A stretch of 61,231 nucleotides of DNA from a virus. Lineage: Duplodnaviria; Caudoviricetes. The notes beneath the pieces are model-generated. The model did no database searches and had not been told where the DNA came from. It saw nothing but the letters and a program-made list of their open reading frames with translations. Below are positions 16,182-25,761 of the stretch, one piece after another. How positions within the stretch are numbered: position 1 is the first letter of the stretch; each line of letters starts with the position of its first letter. A program made the translations under genes and the position numbers. Location: IMG/VR virus record IMGVR_UViG_3300049222_000815, positions 1-61,231 of that record. One strand, given 5' to 3'.

Positions 16182-18746
16182 TTATTTTAAATCTGCCAAT
16201 TTCATGCAAATTTTTTCATCTACAATCGACATGGAATCAATAAATAAAACATCTTCAGCTTTTCTGCCAACAATAATAACAATATTATCTTTAGATGGAA
16301 CGGAATTGCCAGATTCTAGGTATTGAGTGCAGGTCAAACCCCTTCGTGAATCAACCATTATCCCAGGAAAATTACCTAATTCATCACTTAAAAGTATCTT
16401 AATATACTGATTGCCATTACTACTAGTTTTTCGGAAACCATCTTCAACTACACCTATAAACTTAGCTTTTTGACCAGAGTCCATAGATTCATAGTATAAG
16501 GAATCTCTTAGCATTTCATTACTATCTTCAAAAACATCTTTTAATCTGCATGAATAGCTATATCCTAATAGCTTTTTTTCAAAAAACCAATTTGCAAACT
16601 TTTCGTATTTAACATTTTGCTCATAAATTTTTTTGTATTTATCATACTTTTTCTTAAAAGTTTCAAACCTAGAATCCTTCATTAACAATCTACCATCATC
16701 AGCAATAATTGCATCTTTTTTGGCAGCATGAATTGAAGCTAAAATATCATAATCGTATTTAGAGCCAAGGGAAATAAAATTTCTTTTTTCCCTATCAGTT
16801 AATAAATTAAATGCTTGAGCTTCTAACACTAATCTTGGGCGACTTAGCGTTGAATCTTCACTTAATGCTCCAGCTTGAATTAATGAAGATAGCACCCCTA
16901 TGTTTAACCCTGCTTGCTTGGCAGAAAGAAAAACATCATACTTATTAGAATTATCTGAATCTCTAAATTCAGTCAACGCTTGAAGGGATTTTTCGCTGAC
17001 CCCTTTAATGCTATTCAATCCAAATCTAATATTATTTTTATCAATAGTGAAATCAAATTGAGATTTAATTAAATTTGGTTGCAATAAATTTATATCAAAA
17101 TAAGATAATTCTCTACTAATTTTAGATATTTCATCTTGGGGATTTGGTTCAAATTGAGACATCCTCAATAAACTTAAAAAGAATTCTTTGGGATATTTAA
17201 ATTTTAAATAAGTTGTCCACGCGGCAAGAGTAGAATAAGATATAGAATGAGATTTATTGAATGAATAATTAGCACTGTCTTCAGCTACTTTCCATAATAC
17301 ATCTCCAACTTCTTGCGGTAGATTGTTGGCGGCAATTTTTTCTTCTATCTTGCTTTGCCATTCTGCCATTTTGTCTACCTTTTTCTTGCCTACAATCCTT
17401 CTAAGTTGTTCGGACTCATCTAATGTGAAACCTACTTTTACAGCCATTTTCATAAGCTGTTCTTGGTATAAGGGTATCCCCCCTGTATAATCTAAGACAT
17501 CATCGAAAAAAGGATGTACGCTTTGGAAGTTTGAGGTTTCAATATATTCAGCATAATTATCTAAAAACTCAAGAGCTCCTGGCCTAGCTATAGCTACAAC
17601 CGCACTTAACTGCTCTAAGTTTCTGGGTTTAATTTTTTGACAAACCCTAAAGTTTGTATCAGCTTCAATTTGAAATAATCCTTGAGGATTTTTTAGTGTC
17701 TGTAAGGGTTTGTATAAATTTTTGTCAGATAAATCAATATCATAAACATCAATATCTAAATTGTCACACACATCATAAATAACACTAAGAGTGCGTAAGC
17801 CTAAGATGTCAAACTTAACCATCAATTCAGAGACCCAATTCATGTCGTACCCAGTAACAAAACCACCATCATTGGTTTTTTGTATGGGGCAGATGCTGGA
17901 TATTTCTTGGTGAGATATTGCAATTCCAGAAGGGTGAACTCCTGTATTCTTATTTAAACCTTCTATTTTTAGAGCAACATTAAAGACTCTTTCATTTTCT
18001 TCAACCCACTTTTTAAATTTTTCACTCTCTTCTTTAGCTACTCTTAGTGGAGCAACTTTTCCAAACTTCTTTGGAATAAAAGAACTGACATCATTGACTT
18101 GTTGTTCTGAATATTCGCCGACAATTTTTCCACACTCTTTAACGCAGAGCTTTCCACTTAAAGTGTTTAGTGTTAATATATTAGATGTTCTGCCTGGGTG
18201 TTGCTCCTCAATGTAATTGATAACTTTTTGCCTATGCTCATAAGCTATATCATTATCAATGTCAGCCAACAAACTACCGTCAAGATATGTTACTCCATCT
18301 TTCTCTATTTTTCTAGCTCTACTTTTACTAACAAAACGCTCAAAAAATAAATCATATTTGATTGGATCTACTTTGGTAACGTCAATGAGAAACAAAACTA
18401 GAGAACCTGCAGCAGAACCTCTGCCTGGGCCTGTTGGAATATTATTCGTATGACAATAATTTAATATATCCCAATTCAAGAGAATGTAATCAATGAAACC
18501 TAGCTCTTTTAAAATAGTTAATTCAGATTTAATTCTTTCGTAGTAATCTTCTTTGTTATCGAGCTTGTCAATACCTTTTGATTTTACTCCACTAAAACAT
18601 AGGCGTCTCAAGAAATCATAATTAGAACAATCACTTGGTATGTCTAGCTTTGTATAATAACTGCTAGCTATTTTAATCTCTGGCAGTAAGACCCCAGGTG
18701 GTGCGCAGTCATCATATGAACTAAATTGATCTAAAAAAGAATCCAT
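16182..18746 (-). CDS. dnaE: DNA polymerase III alpha catalytic core (no PHP domain)
   Basis: 'GRGSAAGS', 'FERF', 'ADIDND', 'KFDILGL', 'YQEQ', 'YSFNKSH', C-terminal OB fold; start at ATG 18746 (track 18767). Confidence 0.95.
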   Translation of the reverse strand: MDSFLDQFSSYDDCAPPGVLLPEIKIASSYYTKLDIPSDCSNYDFLRRLCFSGVKSKGIDKLDNKEDYYERIKSELTILKELGFIDYILLNWDILNYCHTNNIPTGPGRGSAAGSLVLFLIDVTKVDPIKYDLFFERFVSKSRARKIEKDGVTYLDGSLLADIDNDIAYEHRQKVINYIEEQHPGRTSNILTLNTLSGKLCVKECGKIVGEYSEQQVNDVSSFIPKKFGKVAPLRVAKEESEKFKKWVEENERVFNVALKIEGLNKNTGVHPSGIAISHQEISSICPIQKTNDGGFVTGYDMNWVSELMVKFDILGLRTLSVIYDVCDNLDIDVYDIDLSDKNLYKPLQTLKNPQGLFQIEADTNFRVCQKIKPRNLEQLSAVVAIARPGALEFLDNYAEYIETSNFQSVHPFFDDVLDYTGGIPLYQEQLMKMAVKVGFTLDESEQLRRIVGKKKVDKMAEWQSKIEEKIAANNLPQEVGDVLWKVAEDSANYSFNKSHSISYSTLAAWTTYLKFKYPKEFFLSLLRMSQFEPNPQDEISKISRELSYFDINLLQPNLIKSQFDFTIDKNNIRFGLNSIKGVSEKSLQALTEFRDSDNSNKYDVFLSAKQAGLNIGVLSSLIQAGALSEDSTLSRPRLVLEAQAFNLLTDREKRNFISLGSKYDYDILASIHAAKKDAIIADDGRLLMKDSRFETFKKKYDKYKKIYEQNVKYEKFANWFFEKKLLGYSYSCRLKDVFEDSNEMLRDSLYYESMDSGQKAKFIGVVEDGFRKTSSNGNQYIKILLSDELGNFPGIMVDSRRGLTCTQYLESGNSVPSKDNIVIIVGRKAEDVLFIDSMSIVDEKICMKLADLK

Positions 18747-18748
18747 AA

Positions 18749-19390
18749 CTAAATTTCTATCTCCCATATCATTTTTTTGAATACTTCGTAATTTTGCTCT
18801 ATATCATACATAGCGTCATGTAATCTAGAAGCATCAATTTTAATATCATAATCTTTACATAAATCAATTAATTTCTTTTTTGTTTTTCTATCAATCATGT
18901 TATTTAATCTGTATTGCCAATTAAAATAATCATCATCTTTTTTGTATTCAATATTATTTTTGATTGCTTTTGCCATGCATAGAGTATCAATCGATCTAAA
19001 TATGTAAGAGTAGTCAGGTTTTTTACCTAAACATCTTCGATATATTCCGTGAATATATATATCAAAACCTAAAATATTGTGACCAACATTAATATAAGAT
19101 TCATCATACAAATACTTTTCAAAGTCAGTAAGGATAGATTTTGCATCTTGAGCTTTTTCTTTGTAAGATTTTTCTGTCCAGCCTGTCATTTTTGCTGCTG
19201 CGTCGGACATTTTTAAATCAGGCCAATGTATCCAGCAATCTTTTTTAGATACAATTTTACCTTTATTTATAACCATATAGCCTAATTGCCAAGGCTTATT
19301 GTCAAGAGAACCTAAATTTAAAGAGCAGGTCTCGAAATCAAAGAACAAATAATTTTGATTCTTATTAAATCTTAATAAATTTTCGTTCAT
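18749..19390 (-). CDS. DEDDh 3'-5' exonuclease (DnaQ-like)
   Basis: 'FFDFET', 'GHNILGFD', 'IDTL', 'HDAMYD'. Confidence 0.9.
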   Translation of the reverse strand: MNENLLRFNKNQNYLFFDFETCSLNLGSLDNKPWQLGYMVINKGKIVSKKDCWIHWPDLKMSDAAAKMTGWTEKSYKEKAQDAKSILTDFEKYLYDESYINVGHNILGFDIYIHGIYRRCLGKKPDYSYIFRSIDTLCMAKAIKNNIEYKKDDDYFNWQYRLNNMIDRKTKKKLIDLCKDYDIKIDASRLHDAMYDIEQNYEVFKKMIWEIEI

Positions 19391-19560
19391 TTTTTATTGC
19401 GACCAGCAAAAAATTCTTCAACCTCTTTTAGGAACTGAGATTTTTGATTATGGCTAAGCTGGGAGTACTGTCTTTTAATTTCTTTTAAGTTTCTTTTTTG
19501 TTCTGGATGACCTTCGTAGGTCATAGCTTTTTTAATCCTTAATAATTGTTTTTTATTCAT
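19387..19560 (-). CDS. small basic hypothetical protein
   Basis: 57 aa from ATG 19560, coupled to both neighbours. Confidence 0.6.
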   Translation of the reverse strand: MNKKQLLRIKKAMTYEGHPEQKRNLKEIKRQYSQLSHNQKSQFLKEVEEFFAGRNKK

Positions 19561-19562
19561 AA

Positions 19563-20315
19563 TTAATTCTTGTTTTCTAGATAACTTTCCATGCAAAATT
19601 CGGGACTAGCCAAATGATCAAAGTTGGGTACATTAAGAGTTCTTTGTTTGAATTTTTTGCTACATACGCATTTATATGTTTGATAAGACTCAAAATCTTT
19701 TCTCGAATTATAGTATATAGTTTTAGCTTTGGTATAACTATGACCATATTTATCACAATATGCAATTACTTTATTTTGAATGTCTATGTCAAAAGGTAAA
19801 AAATTATCTTCGATAAAAAAATGTAAATCTGTAAACCCAAAATTAGGAATGCAACTACAGAAATGTAGGCTATTCATGAATATAAAAGAGTCGTAAAATG
19901 GTATTGATATAGAAAGGTTTTCGTCATTCCAAAACTTTTTAAGATCTTCAATGTAAATTACTCCTTCGGTCTGACAAAAAGCATGAGAGTAAATTTTATT
20001 GAGTAGCTGACATCCTTGATTGTTTTTTGCAAATATTATAATTTTATGCAAGCACTCATTGCCTTTATCTTTGCTATGAGATTCGTGCGAACAGGATATT
20101 CTTAACCCAAATATTAACTGCTTCCCTAAATTTTGACTAACTTTTAAAGCCTGCAAAAAACCTATCAAAGAATCTTCAACTAAAACTATTTTATCTAAAT
20201 GATCTTGAGCTATTGAGAAAACGCTATCTGGGCCATCTTCTTTTACCTCTGATGGATCATTTAGTGTTAAAATTGACTTTCCTATAGAGTAATGGCTTTT
20301 AAATAATGGTGTCAT
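19563..20315 (-). CDS. stand-alone PHP domain of DNA polymerase III alpha
   Basis: 'FKSHYSIGKS', 'LIFGLRI', 'IIIFAKNNQG..LLNKIYS' match the DnaE PHP barrel; metal-binding His residues largely lost. Confidence 0.82.
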   Translation of the reverse strand: MTPLFKSHYSIGKSILTLNDPSEVKEDGPDSVFSIAQDHLDKIVLVEDSLIGFLQALKVSQNLGKQLIFGLRISCSHESHSKDKGNECLHKIIIFAKNNQGCQLLNKIYSHAFCQTEGVIYIEDLKKFWNDENLSISIPFYDSFIFMNSLHFCSCIPNFGFTDLHFFIEDNFLPFDIDIQNKVIAYCDKYGHSYTKAKTIYYNSRKDFESYQTYKCVCSKKFKQRTLNVPNFDHLASPEFCMESYLENKN

Positions 20316-20318
20316 GTA

Positions 20319-20358
20319 TTATGATAAACATCATAACACAAACAAAAACAAAAGTCAA
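20319..20358 (-). promoter_or_regulatory. sigma70 promoter of the polymerase operon, -10 within an inverted repeat
   Basis: TTGACT-N17-TATGAT; inverted repeat TTATGAT-N4-ATCATAA. Confidence 0.8.
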
Positions 20359-20359
20359 G

Positions 20360-21352
20360 CTATATTTTGTATTTATCAATAAAAGAATCAACTGGCTTTC
20401 CGTCAGCTAAGTGCATTTCTAACTCTATTAATAAATTATTTCTAAATTCAATAATGTCTTTGGATTCACCGCCAGATAAATCTTTAAATGTAGATGAAGA
20501 AGCTACAACTAAAAGAATGGCAAGAGGGTCAAAAACAAAAATAAGAATCAAGATAACCATGCGAACAGCAACTGAAGAATCTACATCTGGGCCACCAAAA
20601 TCAGAAACAATCTCTGCTATATATTTAATTGGGCCAATTTCAGCTTCAAGTTTTTTAATTTCAGACTCAAGTTTTGTTTTATCTAAAACTATATTTAAAG
20701 ATTCTTCATCAAGAGTTTCTAATTTGGGAAATAATTCATTTTCAATTTTATTTATATAAGAATTAATTCTATTTTGACAGTTTAATTTATTATCATTAAT
20801 TGATAATCTTTCATTTTGTTGAGACTCTTGTACTTCAGCTATCTTTTTACTTACAGAAAATCCACCTTTACTTCGTACTTCTGCAACTAAAGAATCTAAA
20901 ATCTCTAATCTTTCATTCATCTTTAAGATGTAATCTGTATCTTCTTGCTTTTGTTTGTTTATAGATTCAATTTGTTTTTGCGTAGATTGTTTCTTTATGT
21001 CTATCGCATTTAATTTATTATCTAATATAGATATTTGAGAAGATATTGAGCTAGAGCCAGACTCTTGTTCAATATGAGATTTGCTTAAAAAGCCAAAAAT
21101 ACCCATGCTAGTAATCAGAGATAAGACAACCACAGAGAAGGTTAAGTAAAACTTAATACCTCTTTGGCATTTTTTCCAATTCCTGTGAAGCCATACAGCT
21201 GTTACGAGTTTACCTATTTCAAGAGTAGAACCCATGATAAATATAGACCAAAAAGCTCCAGGGAAAATTGTAGTTAAGCCTATAATACTAAAATACGCAG
21301 CAACTGTAGCTAGCGACAATGCAGAAAACATTACTAATATTGCAAAAATCAT
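20360..21352 (-). CDS. conserved phage membrane protein with long coiled coil
   Basis: 3 N-terminal TMs ('LEIGKLVTAVWL', 'ITSMGIFGFLSKSH'), coiled coil, C-terminal TM 'FVFDPLAI'. Confidence 0.7.
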   Translation of the reverse strand: MIFAILVMFSALSLATVAAYFSIIGLTTIFPGAFWSIFIMGSTLEIGKLVTAVWLHRNWKKCQRGIKFYLTFSVVVLSLITSMGIFGFLSKSHIEQESGSSSISSQISILDNKLNAIDIKKQSTQKQIESINKQKQEDTDYILKMNERLEILDSLVAEVRSKGGFSVSKKIAEVQESQQNERLSINDNKLNCQNRINSYINKIENELFPKLETLDEESLNIVLDKTKLESEIKKLEAEIGPIKYIAEIVSDFGGPDVDSSVAVRMVILILIFVFDPLAILLVVASSSTFKDLSGGESKDIIEFRNNLLIELEMHLADGKPVDSFIDKYKI

Positions 21353-21378
21353 AAGTAATGTTACACTAAATTAGTATT

Positions 21379-22473
21379 TTAACAAAATAAGTCGTTATGC
21401 TCTACTGATTCTGGCACTTTCCAATAAGGACACCCTTCGTATTCGAGAAGCTCTATTGTTTGATTGTCTTTTTTTACTTTAATTAATTCTTCTTTATCTT
21501 CAATAAAACTAGTTTTAATTACCTTGCCAGACTCATCTTTTAAGGCATAATAAGAAAAAGGCTTTCTGTAAGAGCATATGAACGCAGGTATAGGATCGCC
21601 ATTTTTATCTAAAACTGGACTCCCTCTACTCATTTTATAACCATCTTTACCGCATGCTAGAGGACCACCAAAAGTTCCGTCGGAAGGATAAGATTGTGAT
21701 CCCGCAAAATTAGAAATCGCTTTGTCATGATCGAAAGAATCTATATAACTTTGAATTTCTGAAAGTTCATATTCTAAACCAGACAATTCATCATCAGTAA
21801 CCATCTGCATTCTTAACACGCCATTGCCGTAATGGTTGAACATGTCTTTACTTAGATCAAACTTTAAGAAAAGAAATTCACTTTCTCTGCTTTTAAATTC
21901 TGGATACAAATGCTTTACAGCTAACGAGTACATGAGGTGCTGTAAATTATCAGTTACTTCTTTACCTTTAAATACTTGCTTGCTACTTTTAAAATCTCTT
22001 ATTAATGCATAAGAATTATCTTTATATAAAAATAACTTATCAATAAAACCTTTAATTCTGTAGGAAAGATCTCCATTGGATATTGTTATGTCAAAAGATT
22101 TTTCAGAAATTGCTTCATCTGGTTTTTTTGGCTCTTCTCCGAAGAAATCATACCTAAGACCATTAACAGTCATTTTGTCTATAAGATTTATATTTTCTTC
22201 ATCTGCAACATTTAACTTTCTTGCATGATAAAAAGTAAGCCTTTCAATAGCTTTTGACGCAAAAATTGTACCTTCTTTATCAATGATTTCATAATGTTTT
22301 TTATGTCTGTCTTCTCCAAGTAATTCAAAAATAAGGTGACATATCCAACCTCTACTAGCGCCATCATTAGATTTGTCAGGCAATTTTAAAACATAATTAC
22401 ACCAGTATTTCCAACTGCATTGCTGTAGAGTTTTAATTCTACTAGCCGATAATGCTGATGCATGCTTAGTCAT
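21379..22473 (-). CDS. PD-(D/E)XK exonuclease (RecB/Cas4-like)
   Basis: 'LSASRI..LQQC', 'GFIDKL', 'DFKSS', 'Q..MY', C-terminal Cys residues. Confidence 0.82.
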   Translation of the reverse strand: MTKHASALSASRIKTLQQCSWKYWCNYVLKLPDKSNDGASRGWICHLIFELLGEDRHKKHYEIIDKEGTIFASKAIERLTFYHARKLNVADEENINLIDKMTVNGLRYDFFGEEPKKPDEAISEKSFDITISNGDLSYRIKGFIDKLFLYKDNSYALIRDFKSSKQVFKGKEVTDNLQHLMYSLAVKHLYPEFKSRESEFLFLKFDLSKDMFNHYGNGVLRMQMVTDDELSGLEYELSEIQSYIDSFDHDKAISNFAGSQSYPSDGTFGGPLACGKDGYKMSRGSPVLDKNGDPIPAFICSYRKPFSYYALKDESGKVIKTSFIEDKEELIKVKKDNQTIELLEYEGCPYWKVPESVEHNDLFC

Positions 22474-23512
22474 TTAAAAGTTTTAGGTTTTTAATTAATA
22501 CTTTTGAAAGCTTTTTGTTTTTGTGCAATTTATTGGCAAAAGATATAACTTTGGGGGTTTGATCTAAATCCTTTATTAATAGTAATTTTTGTTTCCATTT
22601 TTTAAAGTCTAAATCATTCATGTCTCCAAAATCATTTTTATCAGGTAAACAAATTTTGATGTTATCTTTATCATAATAATTTAATAGTTTTAAATAATTT
22701 TTAACTGCCGCGTCCATTCCGCGATTATCTGATTTGGCTGAATCGTTATTAAATGATATGTATATTTGTTTAAAATCAAATCCAACAATTGCACACAGCA
22801 GCTTAGATGAGATATCTAAACCAAAAGAAACTAAAACATTATTAAATCCGTTCTGCATTAGATTTAAACAGTCTCCTATACTTTCAACTATAATTACATA
22901 ATCTCTATCTACTCCATCAAAAAATACTCCTTCATCAGTTGGAACATATGCAGGATAAACCCAATTACTTTTTCTTCCTTTATGTTTCCACTTGGGTCGA
23001 TCTGGTTTATTAGACATGTCCCTGCCAGAAAAACCTATAATTTGAGAGTGCTCATTGTAAATTGGAAAAACAAAACGCTGATACATTGCTCCTTTAGTAG
23101 CTAAGCCAGAGTTTAATTGAATAAGTATATCGGAAGAGATACCTCTATCGTTATAAAATTTATAATGCGGAAATAGTTTAGATAGTAAAGAGCTTGGGTA
23201 TATAGTTTCCATTTCAATTTTTTCTTCTTTATGATTGGATCTTTCAGACAAAAAGAATATTTCCTCCTTGTTGAGATATTCCGATAAGATTTTAGAATCA
23301 TTGGTTTTTAGCGTTAAAGCTAGCAAGTTCTTAAAAGGCATGAATGAAGTTTCTCTAACATAATCTTTCCATGCTCCTGTATCTTTATAAATCTGCAACG
23401 CAGTTTGATTATCACCACCACGGTAAACAGCAGAGCACTGCCAATAAGAACCTTTGTCGCTAAGCTTGTAGCCTAAGCTTTCAAGTATTGATTTTATTTT
23501 AGTGGAATCCAT
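22466..23512 (-). CDS. dnaG: DNA primase (DnaG-like, Toprim)
   Basis: 'RFVFPI...IGFSGR', 'IIVESIGD', 'FNND', 'DFGDM'; adjacent to the helicase. Confidence 0.85.
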   Translation of the reverse strand: MDSTKIKSILESLGYKLSDKGSYWQCSAVYRGGDNQTALQIYKDTGAWKDYVRETSFMPFKNLLALTLKTNDSKILSEYLNKEEIFFLSERSNHKEEKIEMETIYPSSLLSKLFPHYKFYNDRGISSDILIQLNSGLATKGAMYQRFVFPIYNEHSQIIGFSGRDMSNKPDRPKWKHKGRKSNWVYPAYVPTDEGVFFDGVDRDYVIIVESIGDCLNLMQNGFNNVLVSFGLDISSKLLCAIVGFDFKQIYISFNNDSAKSDNRGMDAAVKNYLKLLNYYDKDNIKICLPDKNDFGDMNDLDFKKWKQKLLLIKDLDQTPKVISFANKLHKNKKLSKVLIKNLKLLND

Positions 23513-25023
23513 TAAATGTCAGGTAATTCGTTGGGGTTATTATTTAATGCGATATTATCTGTAGCTAATTGAGTTTCCACCCAATCTTGAAGGTCTCCAT
23601 TCTCTGTAATTCTGAAATTTTCAAAAGTAAAAAACAAACAATTTCTTTGAAATGTACTTTCATCAGGCATTCTAACTGGATTTATAGCTCTAGCATAGTC
23701 TTTGCCGAGGTGTCGATTTTTAACACAAGTTAGTTTGTGAGTTCCAAAATCTGGAGAGTCTAACATTTCTTCGTTGGATTTTGGGCGAAGAATAAATAAA
23801 TGAGAACAAATATGTGTTATTCTATCTGATAAAGAGACAATACTTTCATCTTCTATGATATTTTCAGTTCTACGGTTATTAGTTATTCCAGTACGATTAC
23901 TTTGGACACTGGTCATCATTGCAATCATGGGTTTGCCGTCAAATAAAATTTCACTTTTAACCATTCTTTTAAAAGTCTCTAACATTTCTCCAACAATCTG
24001 CCACTCATTTTTATTTCCAGATTTTTCTGATGCAGTTTTTATGTAATCATAGTTAAAGATCATGGGATTGCCTCGACCAACTTTACTATAATAAAAACGC
24101 TTAACTAGGTTTGACATTTCAGTAGCAGACATACCAGCAACATCATAATAATAGAGGTTGAGTTTTTTAATTTTTGGCCAAACCGACCTAACTCTATTAA
24201 CTACATCTTGTCCTGCTTGCCTCCATTTTCCAGTCTCAATTAAATGCAAAGGAACATCGGACATAGAAGAACATAAACGAGCCATTAATTCTTCCTTACT
24301 CATCTCTCCATTATCGAAATGTAAAACAGGGACACCTCCGTTTAACTTAGAGGTCTGTAAGCAAAAATCCAAACACCATTGCGTCTTACCTACTCCAGAC
24401 CTAGCAGTAATAACTGTAATATTACCTTCCCTAAGTAAGGATCCATAAAGGTCGTGCAATCGAGGATGTGGGCATTTTAAGCCAAACTCCTCGATAGGAT
24501 TATTCCCCCTATCTTCAGCCCAATCTTCCATTTCAGAAAATAAATTTTCGGGATTTTCAGAAACACTATCAAAAATGTTCATTCCATTGTTAAAAATTCG
24601 GTCAGCTTTTTCACTTAATAATTCAAACGAATCATTGGGTGAGGCTTTTTCCATTGCATTTTTAACTTCTAATGCACAACTTGCAATTCTACGCCTGGAA
24701 CTTAAAGTTTTTAAATCTTTAGCGACAGATACGATTCCTTTTGCGGATGTCTTTCTAAGCGATAGCGATTGTATATAATCTGCTATATTGATATTGTCTT
24801 CAAACGATATTCCTAAACCAATAGCTCTTTCGGATATCATTACGTAATCAATAGCTTCGCTTGATTCAATTGCATTTTTAATAATGCAAAAAATAGTCCT
24901 ATTTACTTGAGACGTTTTATTATAAAAATCATCTTCATGAATAAATGGAGCTATCTCGACAAACACATCTGGGTGATTAATTAATCCAGCTAAAAGCTGT
25001 TTTTCAAGATCAAAAGAATACAT
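23512..25023 (-). CDS. dnaB: replicative helicase DnaB
   Basis: 'TARSGVGKT', 'NGEM', 'YDYIK', 'SVQSNR', 'KNRH'; start moved to ATG 25023 because the track start lies inside a promoter. Confidence 0.9.
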   Translation of the reverse strand: MYSFDLEKQLLAGLINHPDVFVEIAPFIHEDDFYNKTSQVNRTIFCIIKNAIESSEAIDYVMISERAIGLGISFEDNINIADYIQSLSLRKTSAKGIVSVAKDLKTLSSRRRIASCALEVKNAMEKASPNDSFELLSEKADRIFNNGMNIFDSVSENPENLFSEMEDWAEDRGNNPIEEFGLKCPHPRLHDLYGSLLREGNITVITARSGVGKTQWCLDFCLQTSKLNGGVPVLHFDNGEMSKEELMARLCSSMSDVPLHLIETGKWRQAGQDVVNRVRSVWPKIKKLNLYYYDVAGMSATEMSNLVKRFYYSKVGRGNPMIFNYDYIKTASEKSGNKNEWQIVGEMLETFKRMVKSEILFDGKPMIAMMTSVQSNRTGITNNRRTENIIEDESIVSLSDRITHICSHLFILRPKSNEEMLDSPDFGTHKLTCVKNRHLGKDYARAINPVRMPDESTFQRNCLFFTFENFRITENGDLQDWVETQLATDNIALNNNPNELPDI

Positions 25024-25033
25024 AATATTCCAA

Positions 25034-25062
25034 ATGATAGCACAAACAAAAAGAAAAGTCAA
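25034..25062 (-). promoter_or_regulatory. sigma70 promoter of dnaB-dnaG-exonuclease
   Basis: TTGACT-N17-TATCAT with extended TG, 10 nt before the ATG. Confidence 0.8.
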
Positions 25063-25068
25063 GTAATA

Positions 25069-25323
25069 TTAATCGTTCTGTCCAAAAGAATTATCAACTT
25101 CTTCAATTTCAGTAAGGTACTGCTCCATAGATTTGCGGATTCCCATTTCTGTAATTTGACTACCTGAACGCGAGTAAACAACAGGTCGGCCATGTTGATC
25201 TGGATAGACTAACAAAAACCCTTTAGATGATTCTGCAGAACCTCCAGTGAACTCATATAATTTTTCAAAAAATCCTTGAGGGATTTGAAATTCAGGCAAA
25301 TTCGAAGGGTCAATATTTTCCAT
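25069..25323 (-). CDS. hypothetical protein
   Basis: about 84 aa; GTGTAA motif upstream. Confidence 0.65.
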   Translation of the reverse strand: MENIDPSNLPEFQIPQGFFEKLYEFTGGSAESSKGFLLVYPDQHGRPVVYSRSGSQITEMGIRKSMEQYLTEIEEVDNSFGQND

Positions 25324-25344
25324 AAACAATATATATTACACTAA

Positions 25345-25761
25345 TCACAAAAGAATATCCATTTTTTTAAAAAAGGATTTTGATAGTTTAGTTTTATCTT
25401 TTTCAAAAATTTCAATCAACTTAATTTCATTCAATTCACAAAAATCATTTTTTTGATGATCTCTTTTTAATTGCATTAAATAATTACTTTTATAATTACC
25501 ATGAAAAAAGGGAACATATCTAGTATGCTGATCACCTTGAACTTCAATAGCTATTTTTTCATTAGCGTTATATAAATCAAAAGTCATTCTTGTTCCTGCA
25601 ATAGGAAACTCTTCAAACACGACATCTCTATGCCAGTAATCTTTAAAGAAGTCTTTGACTAGTTTTTGAAACTTACTGCGACTATCTCCATCCCAGTCGA
25701 TAATATATTTGTGAGCACCAATAATTTTTCTGGTTGAGCCGTTTAAAGTCTTAAACTTCAA
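25345..25761 (-). CDS. Vsr/DUF559-like endonuclease
   Basis: 'FDLY...IAIEVQGDQH...DHQKNDFC...IKLIEI'. Confidence 0.75.
   Translation of the reverse strand: MKFKTLNGSTRKIIGAHKYIIDWDGDSRSKFQKLVKDFFKDYWHRDVVFEEFPIAGTRMTFDLYNANEKIAIEVQGDQHTRYVPFFHGNYKSNYLMQLKRDHQKNDFCELNEIKLIEIFEKDKTKLSKSFFKKMDILL

Noticed and set aside
21379-22473. CRISPR-Cas (Cas4) locus
   Set aside because: No repeat-spacer array or other cas genes; the gene lies in the dnaB-dnaG operon, as expected of a phage exonuclease
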